Origin: Mobula hypostoma
Taxonomy: Eukaryota
Assembly (NCBI RefSeq): GCF_963921235.1
Contig: NC_086097.1
Span: 181,352,001-181,416,000 of the forward strand
Direction of reading: 5' to 3'
Length of the DNA stretch: 64,000 nucleotides
The translations under genes were made by a program, and so were the position numbers. Shown one piece after another: positions 11,992 to 27,005 of the stretch. The notes beneath the pieces were generated by a model. The model was given only the letters and a program-made list of their open reading frames with translations. It made no database searches and had not been told where the DNA came from. Every line of letters starts with the position of its first letter. Positions within the stretch are counted from its first letter, which is position 1.

Positions 11992-13410
11992 CATAGAAGG
12001 AAACACAGAAAAAAAACCTACAGCACAATACAGGCCCTTTGGCCCACAATGCTGTGCCGAACATGTACGTACTTAGAAATTGCCTAAGGTTGCCCATAGC
12101 CCTCTATTTTTCTAAGTTCCATGTACCTATCCAGGAGTCTCTTAAAAGACCCTATCGTACCCACCTCCACCACTGTTGTCGGCAGCCCATTCCATGCACT
12201 CACCGCTCTGTGTTTAAAAAAAACACAACAACGCACTTAACCCTGACATTTTCTTTGTAGCTACTTCCAAACCTTAAAACTATGCCCTCTCGTGCTAGCT
12301 ATTTCAGCCCTGGGGAAAAGCCCCTGACTATCCACAAGATTAATACCTCTATCAGGTCACCTCTCATCCTCCGCTGCTTCAAGGACAAAAGGCCAAGTTC
12401 ACTCAACCTTTTCTTAGAAGGCATGCTCCCCAATCCGGGCAACATCCTTGTAAATGTCCTCTGTACACTTTCTAAAGTTTCCACATCCTTCCTGTAGTGT
12501 GGTGACTAGAACTGAACACAGTACTCCAAGTGGGGCCTGACCAGGGTCCTATATAGCTGCAACATTACCTCTCGGCTCTTAAACTCAATCCCATGGTTGA
12601 TGAAGCCAATACACTGTATGCCTTCTTAACCACAGAGTCAACCTGTGCAGCAGCTTTGAGTGTCCTATGGAGTCAGTCCCCATGGTCCCTCTGATCCTCC
12701 ACAGTGCCAAGAGTCGTACCATTAATACTATACTCTGCCATCATATTTGACCAACGAAAATGAACCACCTCACTCTTAACTGGGTTAAACTCCATCTGCC
12801 ACTTCTCAGCCCAGTTTTGCATCCTATCGATGTCCTGCTGTATCCTGACAGCCTTCCACACTATCCACACCCTCAACCTTTGTGCCATCAGCAAATTTAC
12901 TAACCCATCCCTCCACTTCCTCAACGAGTTTATTAAAAAAAATCACGAAGAAGAGGAGTTCCACACCAGATCCCTAAGGCACACCACTAGTCACTGACCT
13001 CCATGCAGGATATGACCCGTCTACAAACACTCTTTGCCTTCTTCGAGCACGCCAATTCTGGATCCACAAAGCAAGGTCCCTGTGGATCCCATGCCTCCTT
13101 ACTTTCTCAATAAGCTTTGTATGGAGTACTTCATATTAATGCCTTGCTGAAGTCCATATACAGTACATCTACTACTCTTCCCTCATCAATGTGTTTAGTC
13201 ACATCCTCAAAAAATTCAATCAGGCTCATAAGGCACGACCTGCCTTTGACAAAACCATGCTGACGATTCCTAATCATATTATACCTCTCCAAATGTTCAT
13301 AAATCCTGCTTCTCAGGATCTTCTCCATCAACTTACGAATCACTGAAATAAGACTCACTGGTCTATAATTTCCTGGGCTATCTCCACTCCCTTTCTTGAA
13401 TAGGAGAACA
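11992..13410 (-). mobile_element. CR1 LINE, 5'-truncated RT plus 3' UTR, decayed
   Basis: QHGFVKGRSCL, VDVLYMDFSKA, WAEKWQMEFN and RRMRGDLIEV; same 3' end (cctacagcacaatacaggccc) as the copies at 20.1 and 56.5 kb. Confidence 0.92.
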
Positions 13411-13594
13411 ATGCAGAGACATACTCACGTTTATTATCACTGTTTTATATTTTGTGAAATTTGATGCTTTGCAGCAGTAATACAATATAAAATCAAAACG
13501 GTAAATATAAATAATGCAAACCACTGGGAGGAGAGTGGGACTGCAGAAAGATGGGCATTTGTTAAGGAAGGAACAGCTACTCTACTGGATGCGT

Positions 13595-15040
<1,446 letters not shown>

Positions 15041-16770
15041 CGTGTGTGTGTCCCTCCCCCTCTTCCCCCACCCCCTGGAGCATTTTTTGTTTGCCGGGCG
15101 ACTGGTGGAAGCATAGTGTGAGAGGAGTTGTATGAAGTGTTAGTAGGAGATAGAAGGTCCCTTTTTGCAAAGCCCAGTGACTGTTGGGTTTGAAGACTGA
15201 GCCAGGAGGTTTTTGATTTCTGGTGAGGATTCACATCTCTGCCGTTGGGTTGTTCAGATTGTCTTGTAACCATGATACTGCTGTCACTACTGGCAAAAGT
15301 CCAGAGGGTGAAGCTTCCAGAATTATGTCCCCAGAGCAACTTGAGGAGACCATTGGCTTTGAATCATTTTGCTGCAGTGTAATTATGGATGGCTCAGTGC
15401 TCTTGTTATCCCATTGCATTCAGCTCCGGGGAATCTGCCATCTCATCATTTAATGTGCTTCTCATACTGTGTTGATGTGTGGATGTTAGTTAGCAAGCTG
15501 TTGATTCATCCTCTGCTCCTTGCTTACCCCATTGGAGGATTGGTGGACTGGAAATACTGCATCCTTGCTCGAGCAACAGTTTCATTGATGAGTCATGCAG
15601 TGTGAAATCAGGTCATTTGGTCCAACGAGCCAGTACACTTTTTTCCCCACTTTGGTACGTTAAAACAGAGAAGCAGCGTTTTCTTTTAAATGGGAAGAGA
15701 TTGGGAAATGTTCAGAGAAACCTAATTGTCCTTGTACACAAGTTACCAGAAGCCAATATGTAGGTGAAGCAAGTGATTAGAAGACAAAGAATGTGTGGAC
15801 CCAGCAACATCAATCATTTCCACTTTCCCAACCTGCAGGGGAGCTGATGGAGTTAATAATTATACAAACTAATTGCTGTTTGGACTCTGCAGTAATGAAA
15901 GAAAGCTAGCATGGATTTGTTAAAAATAAATGGTTCGATTGATAGGAAGCAAGATTAGGACACTTGGCCCAGAACATGTACCTAGAACATGGCTGATCTC
16001 GATCACAGCACCATTTTGCTGCATTACTTTTGATTCTGTATATTCCCTGAATTCCCAAAAGTCTCTTTCCTCTGTTTTGAATAATCCCAATGACTGAACA
16101 CCACAGTGCTCCAATTTATCTCCTTTGGTGTAAAGGACTTCATTTCATAAGTTAGCATGCTTTACACCCTGGTTGGAAGAAATATTGTCTCCTTTCTATG
16201 TACATTATACAGTTATTTTCAATATATATAGTTAAATGACCATTAACTTGACTTGACCCGGTCCTAAATGTTCTACCCCGTATTCTGACACTGAACCCTT
16301 GTCCTATATTCCTCAGCCAACAGAAACCTCCTCGCTGCACCCAGTTTATAAAGTCACGTAAGAATTTTAATGAGTTTTGACAAAATCTCCCCTCATTCTA
16401 CTGAACATTAGTGAATACAGTCCCAGTCTACATGAGCTCTCCTCATAAGGAAACACGCCATCTCTTTCCGATAACAAGACCAAAACTACACATATTGCAC
16501 CCAGGCTCCTCTCACAAGGTCATAAATAACTACAAGAAAGGGCATCATGCTGTTTGTTTTCCTAATTGCTTGCTTCACCTGCATGTTGGCGTCCAGTGAC
16601 TTGTGTACAGGGACAATTGGGTCTTTTTGATAATTGACATTTCCCAATCTCTTCCAATTTATAACAATACCCTAACAACAGGAATTCTGCAGATGCTGGA
16701 AATTCAAGCAACACACATCAAAGTTGCTGGTGAACGCAGCAGGCCAGGCAGCATCTGTAGGAAGAGGTGC

Positions 16771-16806
16771 AGTCGACGTTTCAGGCCAAGACCCTTCGTC
16801 AGGACT
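16771..16806 (-). ncRNA. Minimal hammerhead ribozyme
   Basis: Reverse complement agtcctgacgaagggtcttggcctgaaacgtcgact; the only change is in the helix II loop. Confidence 0.8.
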
Positions 16807-17657
16807 AACTGAAGGAAGAGTGAGTAAGGGATTTGAAAGTTGGAGGGGGAGATCCAAAATGATAGGAGAAGACAGGAGGGGGAGGGATGGAGCCAAGAGC
16901 TGGACAGGTGATAGGCAAAAGGGGATACGAGAGGATCATGGGACAGGAGGTCCGGGAAGAAAGACAAGGGGGGGGACCCAGAGGATGGGCAAGAGGTATA
17001 TTCAGAGGGACAGAGGGAGAAAAAGGAGAGTGAGAGGAAGAATGTGTGCATAAAAATAAGTAACAGATGGGGTACGAGGGGGAGGTGGGGCCTTAGCGGA
17101 AGTTAGAGAAGTCGATATTCATGCCATCAGGTTGGAGGCTACCCAGACGGAATATAAGGTGTTGTTCCTCCAACCTGAGTGTGGCTTCATCTTTACAGTA
17201 GAGGAGGCCGTGGATAGACATCCCATTCCCATTCTGACATGTCTATCTACAGCCTCTACTGTAAAGATGAAGCCACACTCAGGTTGGAGGAACAACACCT
17301 TATATTCCGTCTGGGTAGCCTCCAACCTGATGGCATGAACATCGACTTCTCTAACTTCCGCTAAGGCCCCACCTCCCCCTCGTACCCCATCTGTTACTTA
17401 TTTTTATGCACACATTCTTCCTCTCACTCTCCTTTTTCTCCCTCTGTCCCTCTGAATATACCTCTTGCCCATCCTCTGGGTCCCCCCCCCCCGTCTTTCC
17501 TCCCGGACCTCCTGTCCCATGATCCTCTCGTATCCCCTTTTGCCTATCACCTGTCCAGCTCTTGGCTCCATCCCTCCCCCTCCTGTCTTCTCCTATCATT
17601 TTGGATCTCCCCCTCCCCCTCCAACTTTCAAATCCCTTACTCACTCTTCCTTCAGTT

Positions 17658-17693
17658 AGTCCTGACGAAGGGTCTCGGCCTGAAACGTCGACT
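17658..17693 (+). ncRNA. Minimal hammerhead ribozyme
   Basis: agtcctgacgaagggtctcggcctgaaacgtcgact. Confidence 0.8.
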
Positions 17694-17924
17694 GCACCTC
17701 TTCCTACAGATGCTGCCTGGCCTGCTGCGTTCACCAACAACTTTGATGTGTGTTGCTATAACAATACCCTGCTTCTCTTATTCCCGCACCCACATGGGAA
17801 ACCATGTTTTTCCTCGCTGTACTGTATTGCGCTTGTCTTATTCCAGTCACTTAGCGTTTATATTATTGTATCATCTCTTTGTATTGTCCACCATGCCCAC
17901 AAGCCCACCTGTCTTTGTAAATTG

Positions 17925-18460
17925 GAATTGGTTTATCTTGTCACATGCACCAAGGTATCAAAATACGGTGAAAAGCTGGTCTTGCATACATTCAGATCAA
18001 TTTATTATACAGTGTTTAGCTGTAGAACAAGGTAAAATAATAACAATATTGAATAAGATGTACCAACTACAGAGAGAGTGCAGTGCAGGTGGTCAGTAAG
18101 ATAGAAGATCATAATTTATGTAGACTGTGAGGGTCAAGAGTCCATTTTATTGTACTAGGAAACCATTCAATAGTCTTGTTACAGCAGTGTAGAAACTGTC
18201 CTTAAGCTTGATGGTAAGTGCTTTCATGCTTTTGTATCTTCTGCCCATGGAAGAGGGAGAGAAGAGAATGTCTGGAGTGGGTGGAGTTTTTGATTATGCT
18301 GGTTACTTTACTGAGACAGTGAGAAATGTAGATAGAACATTTAGACGTAGAGAGGAGGCTGGTTTTCAGCTTACTGCAGTCTCTTGCAGTCATGTGCAGA
18401 GCAGTTGCCATACCAAACTGTGATGCATTTTGGTGCTTTCTACGGTGCATTGATTAAAAA
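17925..18460 (-). mobile_element. Rex1-like 3' fragment
   Basis: CLSKVTSIIKNSTHSRHSLLSL resembles the Rex1 C-terminus seen at 2317-2577. Confidence 0.65.
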
Positions 18461-18539
18461 TAGGTACTAAGCAAAGAGGGCTGAATACTTGACTTTTCAG
18501 TTTCGAATTTTTAGCTTTTCATGCTTTATAGTAGATAAG

Positions 18540-19893
18540 TCTGTATTAGCTTTGCACAATGTGATGGAGCAAGATTTGCCCACTCCTCCTTGCAAAATTG
18601 CTCAAGCTGTTTGTTGGGGAATGCCGGTGGACAGGATGTTCAAGAACTTGCCAGTCGGGTTAAGGTGAGGATTCTGACTGGGCCACTCAAGGACATCAGT
18701 TGTCTTTATTTGAAGCCACTCCATAGTTGCTCAGGCATTGGGTTGTTGTCCTGCTGAAAGACAAACTTCCTCCCAATTTAAACTTTCCGGCAGAGGATAG
18801 CAGGTTTTTATTCAGGATCTCTCTGTATTTAGCAGTGTTCATTTTTCCATCAATCCTTACTGGATTTCCTGTCCCTGATGCTGAAAAACATCCCCATAGC
18901 ATCTTTATAGTAGGGATGGTATTATCTGGCTGTTGTGCAACTTTAGATTTACACTACCCATACCACTTCATGTTGAAGCCAAAAAGTTGCACGTTTATCT
19001 CATCTGACCACAAGATCTACTTGCACATCTTTACAGTATCTTCTAAGTGACGCTTTGCAAAGAACTTACGGGCAAGGATGTACTTTTTATTTAGCCAGGC
19101 CTTCTTCCTTGCCATTCATATGTAAATACCTTTTTGGTACAAGGCCTTAGAGATTGTTGAGCCATGAACTTAAACTCCAGTTGCAGATACTGACTTCTGC
19201 AGCTCACTCAGAATGACTGTTGGCATCACAGTAGCCTATCTTGCAAGTGCTATTCTTCTCTAGTGACTAATTTAGAGGGGCAACCTGACCTAGGCATCGT
19301 GGCTGTGGTTTCATATAATTCCACTTTTTCATGATGGGCTTCACTGAGCTCTGAGGTATGTTCAGTACCTTTGAGATGGTCTTGTACCCTTCCCCAGATT
19401 TGTACTTCTTAATTATCTTTTTCTGACTTGTCTTAAGTCATAGTCATACTTTATTGATCCCGGGGGAAGTTGGTTCAATTCAATTGGTTCAATCTTTTGT
19501 CTTCATTTTGGTTTGGTCTGTTGAAAATCTAACATATTGTTGGACCTTACAGAGAAGGGGTATTTATTCTTATGAATTCATTGAAAATAGGTGATGCAAC
19601 AATTTTCTACATTAACAAATTGGGAGAGTTGGTGAGGTAATATACAGTATTGCACTTGAGGAAAATTAGCATAGTAGCTACAAAGGGGATAAATACTTTT
19701 TCAGCCTCTCAATTTTGGTTTTTAATTTTTAGTAAATTATTGACAGATTATGATTTTTCTTTTGTTTTGTTCTGATGCACAATGTTTTGTAGATTAGCTC
19801 AAAAATCCTACTTTAATGTATTTGAAATTCAGAAGAGAAGACAGTAAAATGTCAGAATAGTTGTGGGCGGCTAAAAACTTTTTCAAAGCACTG
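18540..19893 (-). mobile_element. Tc1-family DNA transposon, decayed
   Basis: MLWGCFSASGTGNPVRIDGKMNTAKYREIL followed by FQQDN-like sequence. Probable ATG (aaaATGAAGACAAAAG) at ~19506. Terminus ...aaagcactg|ta at 19893. Confidence 0.85.
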
Positions 19894-20099
19894 TATAAAG
19901 AATTGCAGTATTCAAGAGGCAGCTTGCCAAAATCTCAAGGACATTTAGAGCTGGGCACAAAATAACAACCACATTGTGAAAACTGAACAGAAAAATACGC
20001 ATAGGCATTTGATGATGGCAGTGCAGGTTTGGATAATGATTACAATAGCATTTGGGATTCTTAGATTTATAAACAATTGCATAGACATAGAACATATGG

Positions 20100-23000
20100 A
20101 AGATGTGGAAACATAGGAAACTTACAGCACAATACAGGCCCTTCGGTCCAGAAAGTTGTGCTGAACATGTCCCTACCTTAGAAATTATTAGGCTTACCTA
20201 TAGCCCTCTATTTTTCTAAGCTCCATGTACCTATCTAAAAGTCTCTTAAAAGACCCTATCGTATCCGCCTCCACCACCATTGCCGGCAGCCTATTCCACG
20301 CACTCACCACTCTCTGAGTAAAAAACTTACCCCTGATATCTCCTCTGTACCTACTCCCCAGCATCTTAAACCTGTGTCCTCTTGTGGCAACCATTTCAGC
20401 CCTGGGAAAAAGCCTCTGACTATCCACACAATCAATGCCTCTCATCACCTTATAAACCTCTATCAGGTCACCTCTCATCATCCGTCGCTCCAAGGAGAAA
20501 AGGCTGAGTTCACTCAACCTATTCTCATAAGGCATGCTCCCCAATCCAGGCAACATCATTGTAAATCTCCTCTGCAACCTTTCTAAGGCTTCCAGATCCT
20601 TCCTGTAGTGAGGCGACCAGAACTGAGCACAGTACTCCAAGTGGAGTCTGACCAGGGTCCTATGTAGCTGCAACATTACCTCTCGGCTCCTAAATTCAAT
20701 TCCACGATTGATGAAGGCCAATACACCATAGGTCTTCTTAACCACAGAGTCAACCTGCACAGCTGCTTTGAGCGTCCTATGGACTTGGACCCCAAGATCC
20801 CTCTGATCCTCCACACTGCCATTAATACTGTATTCTGCCATCATATTTGACCTACCAAAATGAGCCACTTCACACTTACTTGGGTTGGACTCAATCTGCC
20901 ACTTCTCAGCCGAGTTTTGCATCCTATCAGTGTCCCGCTGTAACCTCTGACAGCCCTCCATGCTATCCACAACACCTCCAACCTTTATGTCATCAGCAAA
21001 CATACTAACCCACCCCTCCACTTCCTCATCCAGGTCAGTTATAAAAATCACGAAGAGTAAGGGTCCCAGAACAGATCCCTGAGGCACTCCACTCGTGACT
21101 GACCTCCATGCAGAATATGACCTGCCTACAACAACTCTTTGCCTTCTGTCGGCAAACCAGTTCTGGATCCACAAAGCAATGGATCCCATGTCTCCTTATT
21201 TTCTCAGTAAGTCTTGCATGGGGTACCTTATCAAATGCCTTGCTGAAATCCATTTACACTACATCTACTGCTCTTCCTTCATCAATGTGTTTAGTCACAT
21301 CCTCAAAAAATTTAGTCAGGCTCGTAAGGCACGACCTGCCCTTGACAAAACCATGCTGACTATTCTTTATCATATTATACCTCTCCAAATGTTCATAAAT
21401 CCTGCCTCTCAAGATCTTCTCCATCAACTTACCAACCACTGAGGTAAGACTCACTGGTCTATAATTTCCTGGGCTATCTCTACTCCCTTTCTTGAATAAA
21501 GGAACAACATCCACAGCCCTCCAATCCTCTGGAACCTCTCTAGTCCCCAATGATGGTGCAAAGATCATCGCCAGAGGTGCAGTAATCTCCTCACTCGCCT
21601 CCCACAGTAGCCTGGTGTACATCTCATCCGGTTCCGGCGACTTATCCAACTTGATGCTTTCCAAAAACCCCAACACATCCTCTTTCTTAATATCTACATG
21701 CTTAGCCTTTTCAGTCTGCTGCAAGTCATCACTACAATCACTAAGATCCTTTTCCATAGTGAATACTGAAGTAAAGTATTCATTAAGTACCTCTGCTATT
21801 TCCTCTGGTTCCATACGTACTTCCTACTGTCACACTTGATGGGTCCTATTCTTTCACGTCTTATCCTCTTGCTCTTCACATACTTGAAGAATGCCTTAAT
21901 CCTACCCGCCAAGGCCTTCTCATGGCCCCTTCTGGCTCTCCTAATTTCCTTCTTAAGCTCCTTCCTGCTGCCAGCCTTATAATCTTCTAGATCTCTAACA
22001 TTACCAAGCTCTCTGAACCTTTTGTAGGCTTTTTTTTTCTGCTTGACTAGATTTATTATAGCCTTTGTACACTACACTTCCTGTACCCTACCATAACTTC
22101 CCTGTCTCATTGGAACGTACTTATGCAGAACTCCACACAAATATCCCCTGAACATTTGCCACATTTCTTCCGTACTTTTCCCTGAGAACATCTGTTTCCA
22201 ATTTAAGCTTCCAATTTCCTGCCTGATAGCCTCATAATTTCCCTAACTCCAATTAAACGCTTTTCTAACTTGTCTGTACCTATCTCTCTCCAATGCTATT
22301 GTAAAGGAGATAGAATTATGATCACTACCTCCAAAATGCTCTCCCACTAAGAGATCTGACACCTGGCCAGGTTCATTTCCCAATACCAAATCAAATACAG
22401 CCTCTCCTCTTGTGTCAAGAAACCTTCTTGAACACACCTAACAAACCCCACCCCATCTAAACCTCTTACTCTAGGGAGGTGCCAGTCGATATTTGGGAAA
22501 TTAAAATCTCCCATCACGACAACTCTTATTATTACACCTTTCCAGGATCTGTTTCCCTATCTGCTCCTCGATATCCCTGTTACTATTGGGTGACCTATAT
22601 ATAAAAAAAACCCAGTAAAGTTATTGACCCCTTCTTGTTCCTAACCTTCACCCACAGAGACTCCGTAGACAATCCCTCCATGGCATTCACCTTTTCTTCA
22701 GCCGAGACACTATCTCTGGTTAACAGTGCCCCCCCCCCACCTCTTTTGCCTCCCTCCCTGTCCTTTCTGAAACATCTAAAACCTGGCACTTGGAGTAACT
22801 ATTTCTATCCCTGAGCCATCCAGGTCTCTGTAAAGGCCACCACATCATATCTCCAAGTACTGATCCACGCTCTAAGCTCTCCTGCTTTGTTCACAACACT
22901 CCTTGCATTAAGATAGACACATCTCAAACCTTCAGCTTGAGTGCATCCCTTCTCTATCACCTGCGTATCCTCCCTCTTGCACTGTCTACAAGCTTTCTCT

Positions 23001-24240
23001 ATTTGTGAGCCAGCCTCCTCTTCCCCAGTGTCTTAAGTTCGGTTCCCACCCCCCAACAATTCTAGTTTAAACTCCCCAGTAGCCTTAGCAAACCTCCCCA
23101 CCAGGATATTGGTCCCCCTGGGATTCAAGTGCAACCCGTCCTTTTTGTACGGGTCACACCTGCCCCAGAAGAGGTCCCAATGATCCAGAAATCTGAATCC
23201 CTGCCCCCTGCTCCAATCCTTCAGCCACACATTTATCCTCCACCTCATTCTATTCCTATTCTCACTGTCACGTGGCACAGGCAGTAATCCCGAGATGACT
23301 ACCTTTGCGGTCCTGCTTCTCAACTTCCTTCCTAACTCCCTGTACTCTTTTTTTTCAGGACCTCTTCCCTTTTCCTACCTATGTCATTGGTACCAATATG
23401 TACCACAACCTCTGGCTGTTCTCCCTCCCACTGCAGGATATCTTGGACATGATTTGAAACATCCCGGACCCTGGCACCTGGGAGGCAAACTACCATCCGA
23501 GTTTCTTTCTTGCGTCCACAGAATCGCCTGTCTGACCCCCTAACTATAGAGTCCCCTATCACTACCGCTTTCCTCTTCCATTCCCTACCCTTCTGAGTCA
23601 CAGGGCTAGACTCTGTGCCAGAGGCACGACCACTATTGCTTCCCCCAGGTAGGCTGTTCCCCCCGGTAGACTGTTCCCCCCAACAGTACTCAAACAGTAG
23701 TACTTATTGTCAAGGGGTATAGCCACAGGGATGCTCTCTAGTACCTGACTCTTCCCCTTCCCCCTCCTGACTGTGACCCACTTGTCTGTCTCCCATGGCC
23801 CTGGCGTGACCACCTGCCTATAACTCCTTTCTGTCACCTTCTTGGTCTCCCTGACTAGGTGAAGGTCATCAAGCTGCATCTCCAGTTCCTTAACTCGATC
23901 CCTTAGGAGCTGCAGCTCGACACACCTGGTGCAGATGTGGCCGTCCGGGAGGCTGGGAGACTCCAGGATCTCCCACATCTGACACCAAGCACAGAAAACT
24001 GGCCTCACACACATACTACTTCCTTTCCGTAAATAACACTGGTAAACCTACCTTGCCTCGTCCCATTATCGCCTAAGCCTGTTGAGCCAAAGCCCTATTA
24101 CTTTGCTGCCTCTGACTCCGCTGCCCGCTGGATTTGGCAGTCTTCTTTTTAAACTTTTTGCGCTCTTCTGGCTGACGTCACATGCCTGTGCAGTCTTGCC
24201 TGTCTTTTACCCCGAGTAGTAAGAACTGCCTTGGCTCCGA
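20100..24240 (-). mobile_element. Near full-length CR1 LINE (ORF1 zinc-finger/SGNH esterase; ORF2 APE endonuclease plus RT), frameshifted
   Basis: ORF1: CAWCQMW..ICTRCVELQLL, VIGDSIVRG, HIGTND, DGLHLN (23033-24014). ORF2: PGFRCFRKDR, GSDHNSISF, PGNYRPVSLTS, SGVPQGSVLGP, MFADDIK (20194-22790). Confidence 0.95.
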
Positions 24241-25625
24241 AAATCAGCCATTCACTCGCAGCCTTTTTGCTTCCGAGTATTGAACCTTCGTGTGTATATG
24301 AAGTTTGACCACATCTAATTCTGCCAATCATGTTATAGAAAGGATGGAAGAGACCATTTGCTGATCCAGTGCAGCTAAGAAGATATCTGTCCATCTGCCC
24401 TTCATCTGGGTCAAAGTGTCTGTTATAACTGGTGTGAAAGTTAGACAAATCTTGTGCAGTTGAAAGGTTGGCTCAGTTTTGTGAGCATCTTTGTATTTTC
24501 ACTGTTCAACTATGTCCATCTGTCATAGCAAATCATGGCCGCATTGTGTAATGTGCACTAGAAGCTTTACAGCACCCTCTGAGCTACCAATATTGGCACA
24601 TTAATGTTTAGTGAATCCCAAGTAAAAGATCGAGGAACAAGATGGAGGGGGAAATTTAATTGCAACCTCAGGGGTGGTGGGGGGGAGGATTAATTTAGAT
24701 CAGAATCAGGTTTAATATCACCAGCATATGTCATGAAATTCGTTAACCTTATGGCAGCAGTACAGTGAAATACATGATAAATATCAAAGGAAAAAGTTTT
24801 GAATTACAGTAAGTACATGTATGTCTATTAAATAGTTAAGTCAAAAATAAGTAATGCAAAAAAAACAAGTATTTAAAAAGTAGCAAGTTAGAGTTCATGG
24901 GTTCGATGTCCATTTAGAATTCAGATGACAAGAAAAGGAACTTCTTGAATTGCTGAGTGTGTCCTTTCAGGCTTCTCCAGCTCCTTCCCGACAGTAACAA
25001 AGAGAAGATTAACATCATGGTTGGCACAGACATGGTCGGCTGAAGACCCTGTTCCTGTGCTGGATTGTTATATGGATTGTATGATGAGCATCTTATGATT
25101 TCAGAAATGAAATGACTGCAGAGATTATAGACATCCTGGTAGTGCTTTTCAAAAATTCCCTAGATTCTAGAAAGGTCCCTACAGGTTGAAAATCTAGAAT
25201 TGTAATCCCCTTTTTGTCCCTTCATATGGTCCATATTGCTCCATTCCCTACTTTTTCCATTGTCTGTCTAATTGCCTCTTTAACATTGATGGTGTTTTTG
25301 CTTCAACGGCCTCCCAGGCACCTAATTCTATGTGAAACCCAAAAAGTTTAACCCAGTCAGCCTAATATCTATCACTAGTGGAGTCATACAACAATATGCA
25401 GGCCCTTCAGCCCAACCAGTCCATGATGACAATGGTGCCCACCAACTAGTTCCAGTTTCCTGCTTGGCCCATATCCCTTCATGTACTTGTCCAAGTGCTT
25501 CTTAAATGTTACTGCTGTACATGCTCCAACCACTTCCTCTGGCAGTTTGCTCCATAATACTCACCAGTTTCTGCTTTTAAAAAAATGCGCCTCAGGTCCT
25601 TTTAAATCATTTCCTTTTCATCCTA

Positions 25626-27005
25626 AATATTTGCAGATGATACCACTGTAGTGGGCCACACCTCAAATATAAGTTGGAGTACAGAAAGGAGATAAAGCTT
25701 AGTAACATAGTAACACACAAAAAATACTGGAAGAACTCAGCAGGTCAGGCAGAATGTATAGAGAAGAATAAGGGCAGAGACCCCTTTATGAGGACTTTAG
25801 GGTGAGAGGAGAAAAGTTTAAAGGTAATTTGCAAGGTGTATTTTTCACTTAAAGTATTAGGTATATGGAAGTGGTGTAAGCAGATACATGAGCAATATTT
25901 GAGAGGTAATTAGACGCACTGGAAAAAGCAGGTAATGGAGTGATATGGACCATGTGCAGGTGAATAGGATGTACTGAGTCCTGATGGTCTCTGCTTGAAA
26001 CGTCAACTATTTATTTGTCTCCTTAGATGTTGCCCGAGTTCCTCCAGCATTTTGTGTGTCTTGCTGTGGATTTCCACCATCTGTAGAATCTCTTGTATTT
26101 ATGATTATTAACATGGTGTCATGATCCAACCTTTCCCTCGATGTCAGTAATACAAAAGTTCTGGTTATTGACTTCGGGAAGGGGGGCAGTCCACATACTC
26201 CTGTCTACATCAGCAGTGTTGAGGTTAGAGGGTTGACAGCTTCAAGTTCCTAGGAGTGAACCTCCTTTCCTAGTCCAACCACTGAGACGCCATGGCCAGG
26301 AAAGTTCACTAACGCCTCTACTTCCTCAGGAGGCTAAAAAATTTAACATGTCTCCATGGGCTCTTACCAATTGCTAGCAATGCATCCTATCTGGATTCAT
26401 AACCAGTTGGCATGGCATCTGCTCTGCTTTTAACCACAAGAAATAGCAGAGAGTTGTTGACATAATTCAGCACATCATAGAAATCAACCACCCTTCCATG
26501 GACTTCTCACTGCCTCAGTAAAGTAGCCAGCAATTTCAAAGACCACATCTACCCTAGACACTTCTCTCTTTTCCCCTCTTTCTTCAGGCAGAAGATATAA
26601 AAGCTTGAAAGCACGTACCACCAGGCTCAAGGACAACTTCTACCCCACTGTTATAAGAATATTGAAAGAATCCTTGGTATAATAAGACAGACTCTTGACC
26701 TCACGATCTACCTCATTATGATCTTGAGCAACACACATAAAATGTTGGAGGATCTCAGCAGGTCATCTATGAAGGGGGAAGAAACGGTCAACATTTAAGG
26801 CCCTTCACCTTGTTCTTGATCTTGCACTTTATCGTTTCCCTTCACTATAATTCCTCTATAGATGTTATATTTTATTCTGGATTGTTATTGTTTTACATTG
26901 TTTTCCCTCAATGCACTGTGTAATGATTTGATCTGTATGAATGGTATGCAAAACAAGCTTTTCACTTTATCTCAGTACATGTAACAATAGTAAACCAATT
27001 CCAAT
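25626..27005 (+). mobile_element. Decayed Rex1-like element interrupted by PLE-derived inserts
   Basis: tttgcagatgataccactgta (FADDTTV), ctctacttcctcaggaggct (LYFLRRL), accaccaggctcaaggacaacttctacccc (TTRLKDNFYP). Confidence 0.7.
25711..26097. mobile_element. Old PLE fold-back mini-element whose inverted arms enclose a ~180-bp CR1 fragment
   Basis: Left arm 25711-25797 (ends aggact); CR1-like 25798-25975 (agggtgagaggagaaaagtttaaagg...); right arm 25976-26097 (agtcctgatggtctc...gaaacgtcaact...tail). Confidence 0.65.

Larger units (their letters stand above)
16674..17756. mobile_element. Penelope-like fold-back copy 2: ~1.08-kb near-perfect palindrome of GIY-YIG end plus pLTR
   Basis: Mirror-image ORFs 17119-17325(-) and 17132-17338(+); centre ~17222-17238. 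Perfect 14-bp TSD tataacaataccct (16660-16673 / 17757-17770). Confidence 0.95.
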
